Assembly (NCBI GenBank): GCA_900766775.1
Contig: CAAFXN010000080.1
Span: forward strand, 1 to 56,471
Source: Bacteroidales bacterium
Lineage (GTDB): Bacteria; Bacteroidota; Bacteroidia; Bacteroidales; Paludibacteraceae
Length of the DNA stretch: 56,471 nucleotides
Direction: 5' to 3'
Shown: one piece after another, positions 18,735 through 27,095 of the stretch
Position numbering within the stretch: the stretch's first letter is position 1
Layout: every line of letters starts with the position of its first letter
The notes under the pieces: model-generated
The model's database searches: none
Told to the model about the DNA's origin: nothing
The model's input: only the letters and a program-made list of their open reading frames with translations
Translations under genes and position numbers: made by a program

Positions 18735-21700
18735 TTATCGCACCACTTTGCAGGTGTGTTGTTCATGGTTTGTCTTGGCTTCTATCAGGTACACTCCCTG
18801 CGTCTCGGGGAGCGGAATGTCCCATAGCGGTGCGTCGGAGGTGTATCGTCCACAGAGTCGTCCTGCGGCGTCGTAGAGCACGACGCTGAGGCGCTCTCCC
18901 GTGGTGTTGGTGAGCACAGCCCTATCGCGGTCGGTCGTCAGGTTGACGATACCCGTGGTGGGTCCGGACGGCGACTCGGGTGCCGTGGCGGTCAGCAGGA
19001 AACGGTGCTCCACCTCGGTGGTAAGGGTGGTGAAGGTGTAGGTCGCCTCGTTGGTGACGGGTGTGTAGCGGTCGGTCTCGGCGTCGTAGAGATAGAGCGT
19101 CTCGGTGCCGTCGTAGTCGAAGCGGAGGGTGTAGGTGTCGTCCTCGCCGCGCAGCATGCCGAGGCGCGTGCCGTCGAAGGCGGGCTGGGTGGAGACAGCG
19201 AACCGGCGGAGGTCATGCTCCACGAAGAGTTGCACCGCGCTCGCGTCGCCGAGCACCTTCGTGCCGTCCCAGCCGTTGTCGAAATCGTAGGTGCAGTCGG
19301 CATTGCGATAGAGGTGCACCACATCGGCAAAGCGGCTGCCGCTGATATGGATATGCAGGCGCTCGGTAATGCCCTCGCCGTCGTAGTCGCCATAACTCGT
19401 GGTGCCCGCTCTGCCCGCTATGCGCATCGGCTGGCGGTTGACGGCGCTGACGGGGCGCACAAGGTCTTTGTAGCGCAGGGTAAGCGACGGGTTCTCTCCC
19501 TCGGCATTCACTTGGAAGGTCTGCATGGCGGGGATGACCTGCAAGGCGGGTTTCTGCTCGCTTGCCGTCATCACGGGCACCGCCACATACTGCCCGCCTT
19601 CCACCGTACCGGAGCCGTCTGCGTCCTGTCCGGTATTGAACATGTAGATGGTCGCTTCGCAGTTTTGGAAGTCATCCGGCTTGAAGCCCGCGATGTTGAT
19701 GGGGGCTGTCCACGAGTTGCCAATCAGGTTGTACTGCCCCATCTCCTTATCGGAAGCGTTGTAGCAGAGGGCGATGGTGGTGTCTTGCGCTTGGGCAAGG
19801 GTGCCTTGTATCCAATAGGTGGTGCCGGCGGTGCGCTGGGTGAACGAATAGCCGCCGAAGGGGCGCATCGTGTCGCCGTTGCGCAGGAGTTTGGTCCAGC
19901 CGTGCGACTCGTTGTCCCAGAGATAGACCCATCCTCCGGCGAGGTACTGCTCTACCGCTCCCATGTCTATGACGGGCGTGGTCATCCACTGCCATTGGCA
20001 GTCTTTGGGCGCACCGTATGCCTTGGAGTAGTACTGTACGGACGCTTTGACCCAGCCGCGCGTGTCCGCATGGATGAGCGTGCCCGCGCCGTCTTCGGCA
20101 GCCTTAATCCGTATATTGTCCGGCGAGGTGAGCGGCAGGATATTCGTGTTGTTCTCCGTGTCGCACATGCCCAAGTAGTTGGTTACATTGAGCGAAGCGT
20201 TTGCGTTGATGGTCAGGTGTACATTTGCGCCTATCTTGACCACGCCGGCGGCTTGGTCCATCTTGTCCACGATACAGTCGGCATGGATATGCACATTCTG
20301 CGCCTTGGTCGGCACGACGCCGGAGTTCCAGTTGGCGGGGTTGCTCCACAGGTTGTCGCCGCTCGTGTGGGTGCCGCTCTCATCGGTTACGGTGCGCGTG
20401 TCGCCATCCGCCTCGGTGCCGTTGTCGAAATGGATGGAGCAGTCGTCCACATTAGCGGCATTGGTATCCAGCAAGTAGTCCATCATGCTGAGCACGGAGT
20501 TGCAGCCGTTCTCCGTCATCATGCACATCGCCTGCGCGTTGACCGAGAGCACCATCAGACGGGCGCTGAGGTTCTTCTGCCGCTCGCAGCATGCCACAAG
20601 GATGGTGTCGCCGCTCTGGCTGCTCGGGATGGTGCCGATATTGACGAAGCCCGCCATGTTGCGTGCCAGGAAGCCCTGCAAACCTTTCCCCTTGTCGTAG
20701 CCTCCGCCGGAGAGAATCTGAATCTGCTTGGCAGCCGTCCCGTCGGAAGCCAACGCCTCTGCCTCTGTATCCTTTTTCATCACGCGCTGGAAGACACTGT
20801 GCGCCCAGCATAGCAGGTCGATGGTCGTCTGCGTGGTGCTCGGCGTCTCCGGCAGCGCCACGAAACCTTTGTCCGTCCACTGCCCCATGCCCGCCTTGGC
20901 GATATGGGCTTTCAGGGAGAGGAAGGGCTTGACGTCCACCAGTTGGGCAAGGTCGTTGAGATAGGTAGCAGAGGACAGACCGCCCTCGCTCTTGTCGGTC
21001 TTGGGGAAGTCGGTCAGCACAATGAGGTCAAAGGGCTCGTAGTTGTACTTGTTGAAGGGCGCATAGCCGTTGACGGGGGTGACTTCATACTGCGAGCAGG
21101 TGTCGATAGCGTGCCACAGGGGGTCGGGGTCGGTCTCGCTCCATGTGTTCTTGCCCGTGAGGAGCATGAGGTCGCTTGGGTTGTAGCCCGTGAGGAAGTG
21201 TCCGCCCAACTTCACGGTGCTGCCGCTACCGCCGGAGACGATGTATGCCACGGCGCGCGTGTCCCGAGCCGTTGCGGTAAGGACTATGCTGTCTGCCGCC
21301 TCCTCGGAGTAGTTGCCGCAGGCGTCCACGGGGCGCACGGAGATGACTACTTTGTCGCCCTGCGCAAGGAAGCCGCCGGCGGCATTACGCGCAGCCAGCG
21401 TCTGCAAGTCGAGCAAGACCATGTGCTCGTTCTCAGGGTCGGAAATCACCCAGTCCGTCACATTCGACAAGTAGCGGTCGGCGGTCTGCCCATCGCCTTT
21501 TATCAGGCGGGCATAGGGATACCAACGCCGCACGGTGCCGTTCTGCTCCGTATGCGTGCCTTGGCTGACCACGTTGAAGAGGTGGCGATAACGGTTGTCC
21601 GACGCTTGGGTGTAGCCGCAGCCGTGGCGGTAGTAGTGGAACGGCGTGAGGCGCGTTACCACAGGCTGTGCGCTCTTGTCGGTAACGGTGGCGGTGTTGG

Positions 21701-24700
21701 AAGTCCATTGGGCATAGCCGTTGGCGGTAACGAGTGCGTTGTAGGTGCCCGCCGTGGTTACGGTGAGTGTGGCAGCGGTGGCGCCTTTGACAGCCGCACC
21801 GTTCTTGTACCATTGGTACGTCGGTGTGTTAGCGTCGGTGTTGATAGTCAGCACGATAGACTGTTGGCAGTCCACGGAGGTGTTGCCCGAGATGGTGGCG
21901 GAGAAAGCGGTGCTGCCGCTCGGGACTTGGATAGTGAGGGTGTAGGACGCCGCCCCTTCGCAGTAGGTAATCTCGTCCACGGTACCGCCCTCGGTGTATG
22001 CCGTTATCTTGGTCTCGCCCACAGCAAGAGGGGTAACTGCTCCCGTCTCGCTGTCCACGGTAGCCACCTTCGGGTTGGAGGAGGAGTAGGACACCGGCAG
22101 AGAGGCGCTTTTGGTGAGCGTAGGCAGACCGCTGAGGTCGCCTTTGGTATAGTCCGCCGTATGGGATATAGCGCTGAACGCCAAGCCCGCAGACGTGCAG
22201 AGCGGCGCTACCTCCACGCAGCAACTCGTGATGTAGCGGGTGCCGCTGGCTCTACCATAAACCGTTCCATTTATCTCAATGTGGCGGACTATGGTTGCGC
22301 GGGTGATGAGTTTGTTGTCGTTCTCGCGTGTGAACTCCTTCGGGGTCGTGCCGATAGAAATACTCTCCGGCGTCAGCTCGCCCCAATAGAAAGCAAAGGC
22401 TTGGTTGTCTTTGGAACCGGATATCGTGAATGTAACACGCTTGATGTAGTAGCCATCCGACGCCTCGATGATTAGAGGAGAACCTGTGCCTTTTAGATTG
22501 TATCGCTCATTGTTTGCATCCCACATATTATTGGCGGTTACAGTAAAGAAGCCGTAGTCTGTGTCTCCGTTTGCCAAGCACGCCTCATAGACCAAGGCTT
22601 TGACGGTTACGGTTGCCACCGAGGAGGAGATTGTGCCGCCACACTCGCCTGCGCCTACACAATAATAATAGTACTTCGTATCCACCTCGTCGCTCAGCGG
22701 AATGCTGACGCTCAGTTGGTCGTTCGTCTCGCCCGTGAGGGCTACCGCGCCCGTCTTGTCCGAGGCAGTGCATTGGTACCACTGGTAGCGGATGGCGCCG
22801 CTCATCTTCACCGAGAGCACCCCCGTCTGCCCTTGCACGATGGCATACGAGGAAGCAAGGTCGGTGGTTATTTTCGCCATCGCGCGCACCGTAACCGCAG
22901 CGGGGGTGGAGGAATAGGCATTACCGTCCACGGTGGCGACCACGGTGTAGGAGCCGCTCTCGGTAACCTTTATCTCAGTCTTGCCCGCATAGTCGGTCAG
23001 TTCCGCGCCGTCCTTGAACCACGCGAGGGTGGCGCCGCCGGCGATATGGCTTGCCGTGAGGGTGGCACCGCCGTCTTTCTCGCAAGCGCCGTTGTTGGTT
23101 ACCGTCAGGATGGGGACGTTCTGAGCCACCGCCAAAAGGGTGTACGTCAGCACGTTAGAGGGTGCTGCCGATTGGTGGCAGCCGTCTATATTCGTGTTGG
23201 TGGCATAGCAGCGGAAGCGGTACTCGCCCGCCTTGTCGCTCTCGGAGGGCGACCAAGTGTGAACACCCGTAACGGTGGAGAGGGCTTGCCAAGTATCGCC
23301 TCCGTCGGTGGAGTATTGCCACAGGTTGGTGTTGCTGCTGGAGGTCATCTTCACCACATCGCCTTGCGCCACGTCGCCCTGCGCTACGTCAGCGGTGAGG
23401 GTCGGTGTGGCGGGGGCGGTCAGCAGACGGAGTTGCGCACTTGCCTTCGCATGGGTAGAGGTCTTGCCGCTCGCAGATACCGTGGCTCGCACATCGTAGG
23501 TGCCGCCCGCGGTAGTACGGTAGGTGGAGGTGAAGGTGGTGCCATCGGCGCGCGTGTAGGTTGTTTTCTGCAAGGTGTCGGTGGGGTTAGATTGGCTCAC
23601 CCATGAGACGAGGCACTGCTCATCCGCTTCCATATCCTCCACCGTGATGGTAGCCGTCCAGCCTGCCCAATCGCCGAAGTCAGCGTCATCGGCGCAATAG
23701 GTCGTGCGCGTGCCGTCGTTGAAACCCGACGTGATAGCCACCGCAGGGGTGGAGCAACGCTCTCCCGCCTCTACGTCTATCAGCAGTACACCGTATATCT
23801 CGCCGTTTGTTTTGATATCCACACCGCCGGCGAACGGGCCCGAGACCTCTTGCGCAATGAAACCGCTACTAAACTCTTTCGCTACCCCTGCGATGGTGAG
23901 CGTACGGGCTTTGTCGCACCTACCGTAGAAGGCTATCTTGGTAGCGGTGAGGCTGCCGAGTTGCAAGGTGTAGGTGCCATTACTGAATTTCAATGCCTGC
24001 ACCGTAGTGCTCGAAGTCTTTGTGTTGCTCCAGTCTTGCTCGGTGCCCAAGTGGTCTAAGTGGGTCTCTGCATAGTAGTAGACCTTAGTAACAGGATAAG
24101 TGTTCAGCGAGATGTCCTCAGAGGTTGCATAGGTCGTCCCGTCGTACTTGATAACCCCCACCTTCGCCCCTGCCAGATTAGCGGCTAACGCCCCCGCAGA
24201 GACCCCCGCGTTGGCTATCAGGTATTGGGTAGTCGCTTTGAGTGTGGGATAGGTTACGGATATTTGGGGCTCGTCCGGATTCGTTGTATTTAAGGTAAAG
24301 AGGTAAGTGCCTTCGCGACCAGTGGTAAAGAGCACATTGTCGCTTGCGGTGGAACTCAGTATGCAGTCGTTGAAAGTAGCGGTGTAGTTGCCGCCGCTCG
24401 ACAGACCGTACCACTTGTCGCCGTACTTGACCTTGAACTTATACTGCGTACTCGCAGGTAAGGAGATGGAATAGGTCGCGATACCTGTGGTCTCGATCTC
24501 CACAAAGTTATGGTCTATTGCCCAGCCTGCGGCATCGTCGCTCTCGAATGAGCCTCGCAGTGTCCAATACGGGGTTTCTTCCCATACGGCGGTGAGGATA
24601 ATATCGGCGCTGCCCATGGTGTATGTCGCGCATGCGGCATAGGTATTCTTCCCGTCGTTCCAGCCGGCGAAGGTGTAGCCCGTTTTCGTGATATCGTCTG

Positions 24701-26219
24701 CGGAGGCTACGGTGAAGGTCTCCCCTGCGCAGAGGCTCGCCTGCGTGGGGGTATTGCCACTGCCGCCATTGAGGTTGTAAGTTACCGTGTAGAGTATATC
24801 CCACACAGCCGTGAGAGTAATATCGGCAGTGGGAGTAAACAAGTAAATGTCCGTGTAGGTCTCGCTACCATCGCTCCAGCCTTTGAAGACATACCCATCG
24901 CGAGTGGGAGTAGGCAGTGTGATATATTGTCCGCCTGCATTTACGGCAAAGAACTCGCCGTCTGCCACCTCACTGCCGCCTGCCTCATCGTAAGCCACAT
25001 GGTAGTAGGGGATGAAATGCGCATACCAGTTAGCGTCTTTATAGGTGTCGTATATCTCAAACTTACCTTGCGTACCTGCCACAAGACTACTGATCTTCCC
25101 ACTAATTTCTCCATCGGCGGCTATGGTACCTATCTCTTTAATTTTCAGCGTACTACTTCGCGTAGAGGAATATACATAATCAGTGGAGGCTTCGTAGCCG
25201 ACCCAATACTCCCCGCTGTTCTCAGCGGTTTTACTCAATGTTACCAACTCTGTTTGCCAGCAGTTTTCGCTAATATGGCTAAACGGCAAAAAAGCCCAAT
25301 TGTTGCCATCTCCCCCTTGCCAACTCATACCATAGCCTGCGGGGGTGAACTTTATCCAAAGGTTTTTGCCGGATGTTTTGTTGTCGTCCCAGATATGCAG
25401 CGTACCTTTTGCCCCTGCGGCATCACCCAGTGTAAGCGAATTATTGGTAGTAAGCGGCATATCTGCAAGTATAGCATTGGCGGAATAGGATTGAAATGTA
25501 CCGTCCTTGCCTACCCAATAGTTGTTTGCTGTGGTAGGGTCATTAAATGCCGGCACAGTGAAGTTGGAGATGGTGTATTCCGTCGACTCGGGTGCTGTTT
25601 GTGTAAAATAGTGTTTCTTATTGTTGCTCTCAACCGTGCAGTTATACACGCTAATACAATAGCCGGAAGCAGGTAGAACTTGGGTGATTTTAATGGACTT
25701 GACAACTTTACCGCTGTTACTACCCTGACGCCCTAAATACAGGACATAACTGCCCGCAGAAGTAGGAGTATAGGTAATGGTGTTGGTTGTTGCGGATGTG
25801 CTATAATCAGTTCCCGATGGTACACTCGGAGTAGCAGGAAGGTCGCCTGTTGCCCAACCATATTTGATTTTTCCTTCACTGGCTAACGTAACCGTAACTG
25901 TTACCTCATTATTTGCCGTTAGCGTCAGCGGGATTGCTAAACAAGTGTAATTGTTGTAATTGTTGTCCACAAAAGTCAGACCTGTCTCTTTTGTGATAGT
26001 TATGTCTTTACCAGACTTGACACCAAACGCCATACCATAACCACTGTAAGTCCTATTCACAAAGGTAGCACTTGAATTGGTGGTAGATATTGTTTCTGTA
26101 CTTAACTTAGCGAAGTCCACATTAAACAACACACTCTCTGCCGCCCGGGCGGGGGCAGAGGAAAGAGCAAAGCATACGATAGCAGATAAAGACAGTAAGC
26201 GAGACAGGATGTTTCTCAT
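18735..26219 (-). CDS. giant secreted multidomain surface protein (2494 aa from the chosen start) with canonical T9SS C-terminal domain
   Basis: The start is set at MRNILSRLLSLSAIVCFALSSAPARA; the ORF-track start at 26336 adds 39 aa with no signal peptide. Listeria-Bacteroides repeats (YTVTYNLNGGSGNTPT...GYTFAGWNDG), a Big_2-like module (SSSNPKVATVDSETGAVTPLAVGETKITA) and Ig-like modules are present. C-terminus ...LSVVLYDAAGRLCGRYTSDAPLWDIPLPETQGVYLIEAKTNHEQHTCKVVR. Confidence 0.9.
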   Translation of the reverse strand: MRNILSRLLSLSAIVCFALSSAPARAAESVLFNVDFAKLSTETISTTNSSATFVNRTYSGYGMAFGVKSGKDITITKETGLTFVDNNYNNYTCLAIPLTLTANNEVTVTVTLASEGKIKYGWATGDLPATPSVPSGTDYSTSATTNTITYTPTSAGSYVLYLGRQGSNSGKVVKSIKITQVLPASGYCISVYNCTVESNNKKHYFTQTAPESTEYTISNFTVPAFNDPTTANNYWVGKDGTFQSYSANAILADMPLTTNNSLTLGDAAGAKGTLHIWDDNKTSGKNLWIKFTPAGYGMSWQGGDGNNWAFLPFSHISENCWQTELVTLSKTAENSGEYWVGYEASTDYVYSSTRSSTLKIKEIGTIAADGEISGKISSLVAGTQGKFEIYDTYKDANWYAHFIPYYHVAYDEAGGSEVADGEFFAVNAGGQYITLPTPTRDGYVFKGWSDGSETYTDIYLFTPTADITLTAVWDILYTVTYNLNGGSGNTPTQASLCAGETFTVASADDITKTGYTFAGWNDGKNTYAACATYTMGSADIILTAVWEETPYWTLRGSFESDDAAGWAIDHNFVEIETTGIATYSISLPASTQYKFKVKYGDKWYGLSSGGNYTATFNDCILSSTASDNVLFTTGREGTYLFTLNTTNPDEPQISVTYPTLKATTQYLIANAGVSAGALAANLAGAKVGVIKYDGTTYATSEDISLNTYPVTKVYYYAETHLDHLGTEQDWSNTKTSSTTVQALKFSNGTYTLQLGSLTATKIAFYGRCDKARTLTIAGVAKEFSSGFIAQEVSGPFAGGVDIKTNGEIYGVLLIDVEAGERCSTPAVAITSGFNDGTRTTYCADDADFGDWAGWTATITVEDMEADEQCLVSWVSQSNPTDTLQKTTYTRADGTTFTSTYRTTAGGTYDVRATVSASGKTSTHAKASAQLRLLTAPATPTLTADVAQGDVAQGDVVKMTSSSNTNLWQYSTDGGDTWQALSTVTGVHTWSPSESDKAGEYRFRCYATNTNIDGCHQSAAPSNVLTYTLLAVAQNVPILTVTNNGACEKDGGATLTASHIAGGATLAWFKDGAELTDYAGKTEIKVTESGSYTVVATVDGNAYSSTPAAVTVRAMAKITTDLASSYAIVQGQTGVLSVKMSGAIRYQWYQCTASDKTGAVALTGETNDQLSVSIPLSDEVDTKYYYYCVGAGECGGTISSSVATVTVKALVYEACLANGDTDYGFFTVTANNMWDANNERYNLKGTGSPLIIEASDGYYIKRVTFTISGSKDNQAFAFYWGELTPESISIGTTPKEFTRENDNKLITRATIVRHIEINGTVYGRASGTRYITSCCVEVAPLCTSAGLAFSAISHTADYTKGDLSGLPTLTKSASLPVSYSSSNPKVATVDSETGAVTPLAVGETKITAYTEGGTVDEITYCEGAASYTLTIQVPSGSTAFSATISGNTSVDCQQSIVLTINTDANTPTYQWYKNGAAVKGATAATLTVTTAGTYNALVTANGYAQWTSNTATVTDKSAQPVVTRLTPFHYYRHGCGYTQASDNRYRHLFNVVSQGTHTEQNGTVRRWYPYARLIKGDGQTADRYLSNVTDWVISDPENEHMVLLDLQTLAARNAAGGFLAQGDKVVISVRPVDACGNYSEEAADSIVLTATARDTRAVAYIVSGGSGSTVKLGGHFLTGYNPSDLMLLTGKNTWSETDPDPLWHAIDTCSQYEVTPVNGYAPFNKYNYEPFDLIVLTDFPKTDKSEGGLSSATYLNDLAQLVDVKPFLSLKAHIAKAGMGQWTDKGFVALPETPSTTQTTIDLLCWAHSVFQRVMKKDTEAEALASDGTAAKQIQILSGGGYDKGKGLQGFLARNMAGFVNIGTIPSSQSGDTILVACCERQKNLSARLMVLSVNAQAMCMMTENGCNSVLSMMDYLLDTNAANVDDCSIHFDNGTEADGDTRTVTDESGTHTSGDNLWSNPANWNSGVVPTKAQNVHIHADCIVDKMDQAAGVVKIGANVHLTINANASLNVTNYLGMCDTENNTNILPLTSPDNIRIKAAEDGAGTLIHADTRGWVKASVQYYSKAYGAPKDCQWQWMTTPVIDMGAVEQYLAGGWVYLWDNESHGWTKLLRNGDTMRPFGGYSFTQRTAGTTYWIQGTLAQAQDTTIALCYNASDKEMGQYNLIGNSWTAPINIAGFKPDDFQNCEATIYMFNTGQDADGSGTVEGGQYVAVPVMTASEQKPALQVIPAMQTFQVNAEGENPSLTLRYKDLVRPVSAVNRQPMRIAGRAGTTSYGDYDGEGITERLHIHISGSRFADVVHLYRNADCTYDFDNGWDGTKVLGDASAVQLFVEHDLRRFAVSTQPAFDGTRLGMLRGEDDTYTLRFDYDGTETLYLYDAETDRYTPVTNEATYTFTTLTTEVEHRFLLTATAPESPSGPTTGIVNLTTDRDRAVLTNTTGERLSVVLYDAAGRLCGRYTSDAPLWDIPLPETQGVYLIEAKTNHEQHTCKVVR

Positions 26220-26498
26220 GGCGGTAGGTATTATGGCGTGGACACCTACCCCTGCTTCCGCTCGCCTTTCCGACTCCACGGGAGAGAATGACACCTGCCG
26301 TGCATAACAACAACCGTCTCCAAGGCTTCGTACCACCCTCTCTGTCCCTTACCGAGACCAAAGGTTGCCCCTTCGCGTGCCGCATAGATGCATCACAAAC
26401 GGTTGATTAACAGCAGTTTACCCCCCCCCACGAGAATCCGAAGGAACAGACAACGCAGGGTTGGCGTCTTTTTGCGCGTGTTTTTCATTAATTTTGTG

Positions 26499-26506
26499 CA
26501 AAGGTA
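26499..26506 (-). promoter_or_regulatory. -7 promoter box (TAccTTTG) for the 2494-aa gene, implying an about 280-nt leader
   Basis: Exact TAnnTTTG on the minus strand. No other match was seen between it and the ATG at 26219. Confidence 0.4.
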
Positions 26507-26612
26507 CTGATTTACTTTGAAATACATGTGCAAAAACCGACGAAAAGTGCAGACAAACCGACAAAATGCCATGGTAGGCTCCGTTAACAGCCGTGGATAA
26601 CACTTTTCGCTA

Positions 26613-26799
26613 CTCCGTTCATGGTCGTTCATGAGACTTCGATTCTCCGTTAATAAGCCGTTAATGGGTCGTTAATGAGACTTTGATTCTCCGTTAATAA
26701 GCCGTTTATAAGACTTCGATTCTCCGTTAATAAGCCGTTAATGGGTCGTTAATGAGACTTCGATTCTCTGTTAATAAGCCGTTAATAGGTCGTTAATAG
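26613..26799. repeat. 44-bp tandem array (about 4.5 units), each unit containing CGTTAAT sub-repeats
   Basis: Full units ctccgttaataagccgttaatgggtcgttaatgagacttYgatt at 26645-26688 and 26722-26765. Shortened units lie at 26613-26644, 26689-26721 and 26766-26799. Confidence 0.9.
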
Positions 26800-26839
26800 T
26801 GCACAGCCAACGGGTACACGGGTGTCCCCCTGTACGAAA

Positions 26840-26947
26840 GTCGATACTGTCTCGATATAGTCTCGGTATAGTCTCGATACAGACTCGTTCATGAACCGAT
26901 CAGAAACCGATCAGGAACCGAGCAGGAACCGAGCAGGAACCGAGCAA
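26840..26947. repeat. two adjacent 11-bp-unit arrays (tctcgRtaYag x4; RaaccgaKcaR x5)
   Basis: Units counted directly at 26840-26887 and 26893-26947. Confidence 0.85.
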
Positions 26948-26978
26948 GACTGCTGGAGAATAGGAGGGGTGGAAATGG

Positions 26979-27086
26979 GAATTAGGAATTAGGAATTAGG
27001 AATTAGAAACCTTATTTAATTAAGAATTAAGAATTAAGTTTCAGAGCATGGGCACTCTTAATTCATAATTCTTAATTCTTAATTAG
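26979..27086. repeat. heptad arrays forming a long inverted repeat; probable terminator of pepD
   Basis: (gaattag)x4, then ttaattaagaattaagaattaag (27016-27038) and its near-complement ttaattcataattcttaattcttaattag (27058-27086). They flank the spacer tttcagagcatgggcactc. Confidence 0.75.
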
Positions 27087-27095
27087 AAGCCATGG

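Noticed and set aside
19005-22475. Long plus-strand ORFs (602 aa at 19005-20813 and 523 aa at 20904-22475) and many 60-140-aa ORFs overlapping the 2494-aa gene.
   Set aside because: They lie antisense to a gene with clear signal peptide, domain and sorting-tail logic. Their translations are Arg/Gly/Ala/Val-rich low-complexity strings typical of shadow ORFs in GC-rich coding DNA.
4973-26219. Polysaccharide utilisation locus, polymorphic toxin locus or prophage/ICE as an explanation for the accessory block.
   Set aside because: I could not recognise any SusC/SusD pair, glycoside hydrolases inside the block, immunity-type small genes, toxin domains, integrase, or phage structural or conjugation genes.
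26613-26947. Possible CRISPR-like or iteron/origin region upstream of the giant gene.
   Set aside because: There are no spacers, no DnaA-box-like 9-mers that I can recognise, and no replication genes. Tandem regulatory or structural repeats are the simpler reading.
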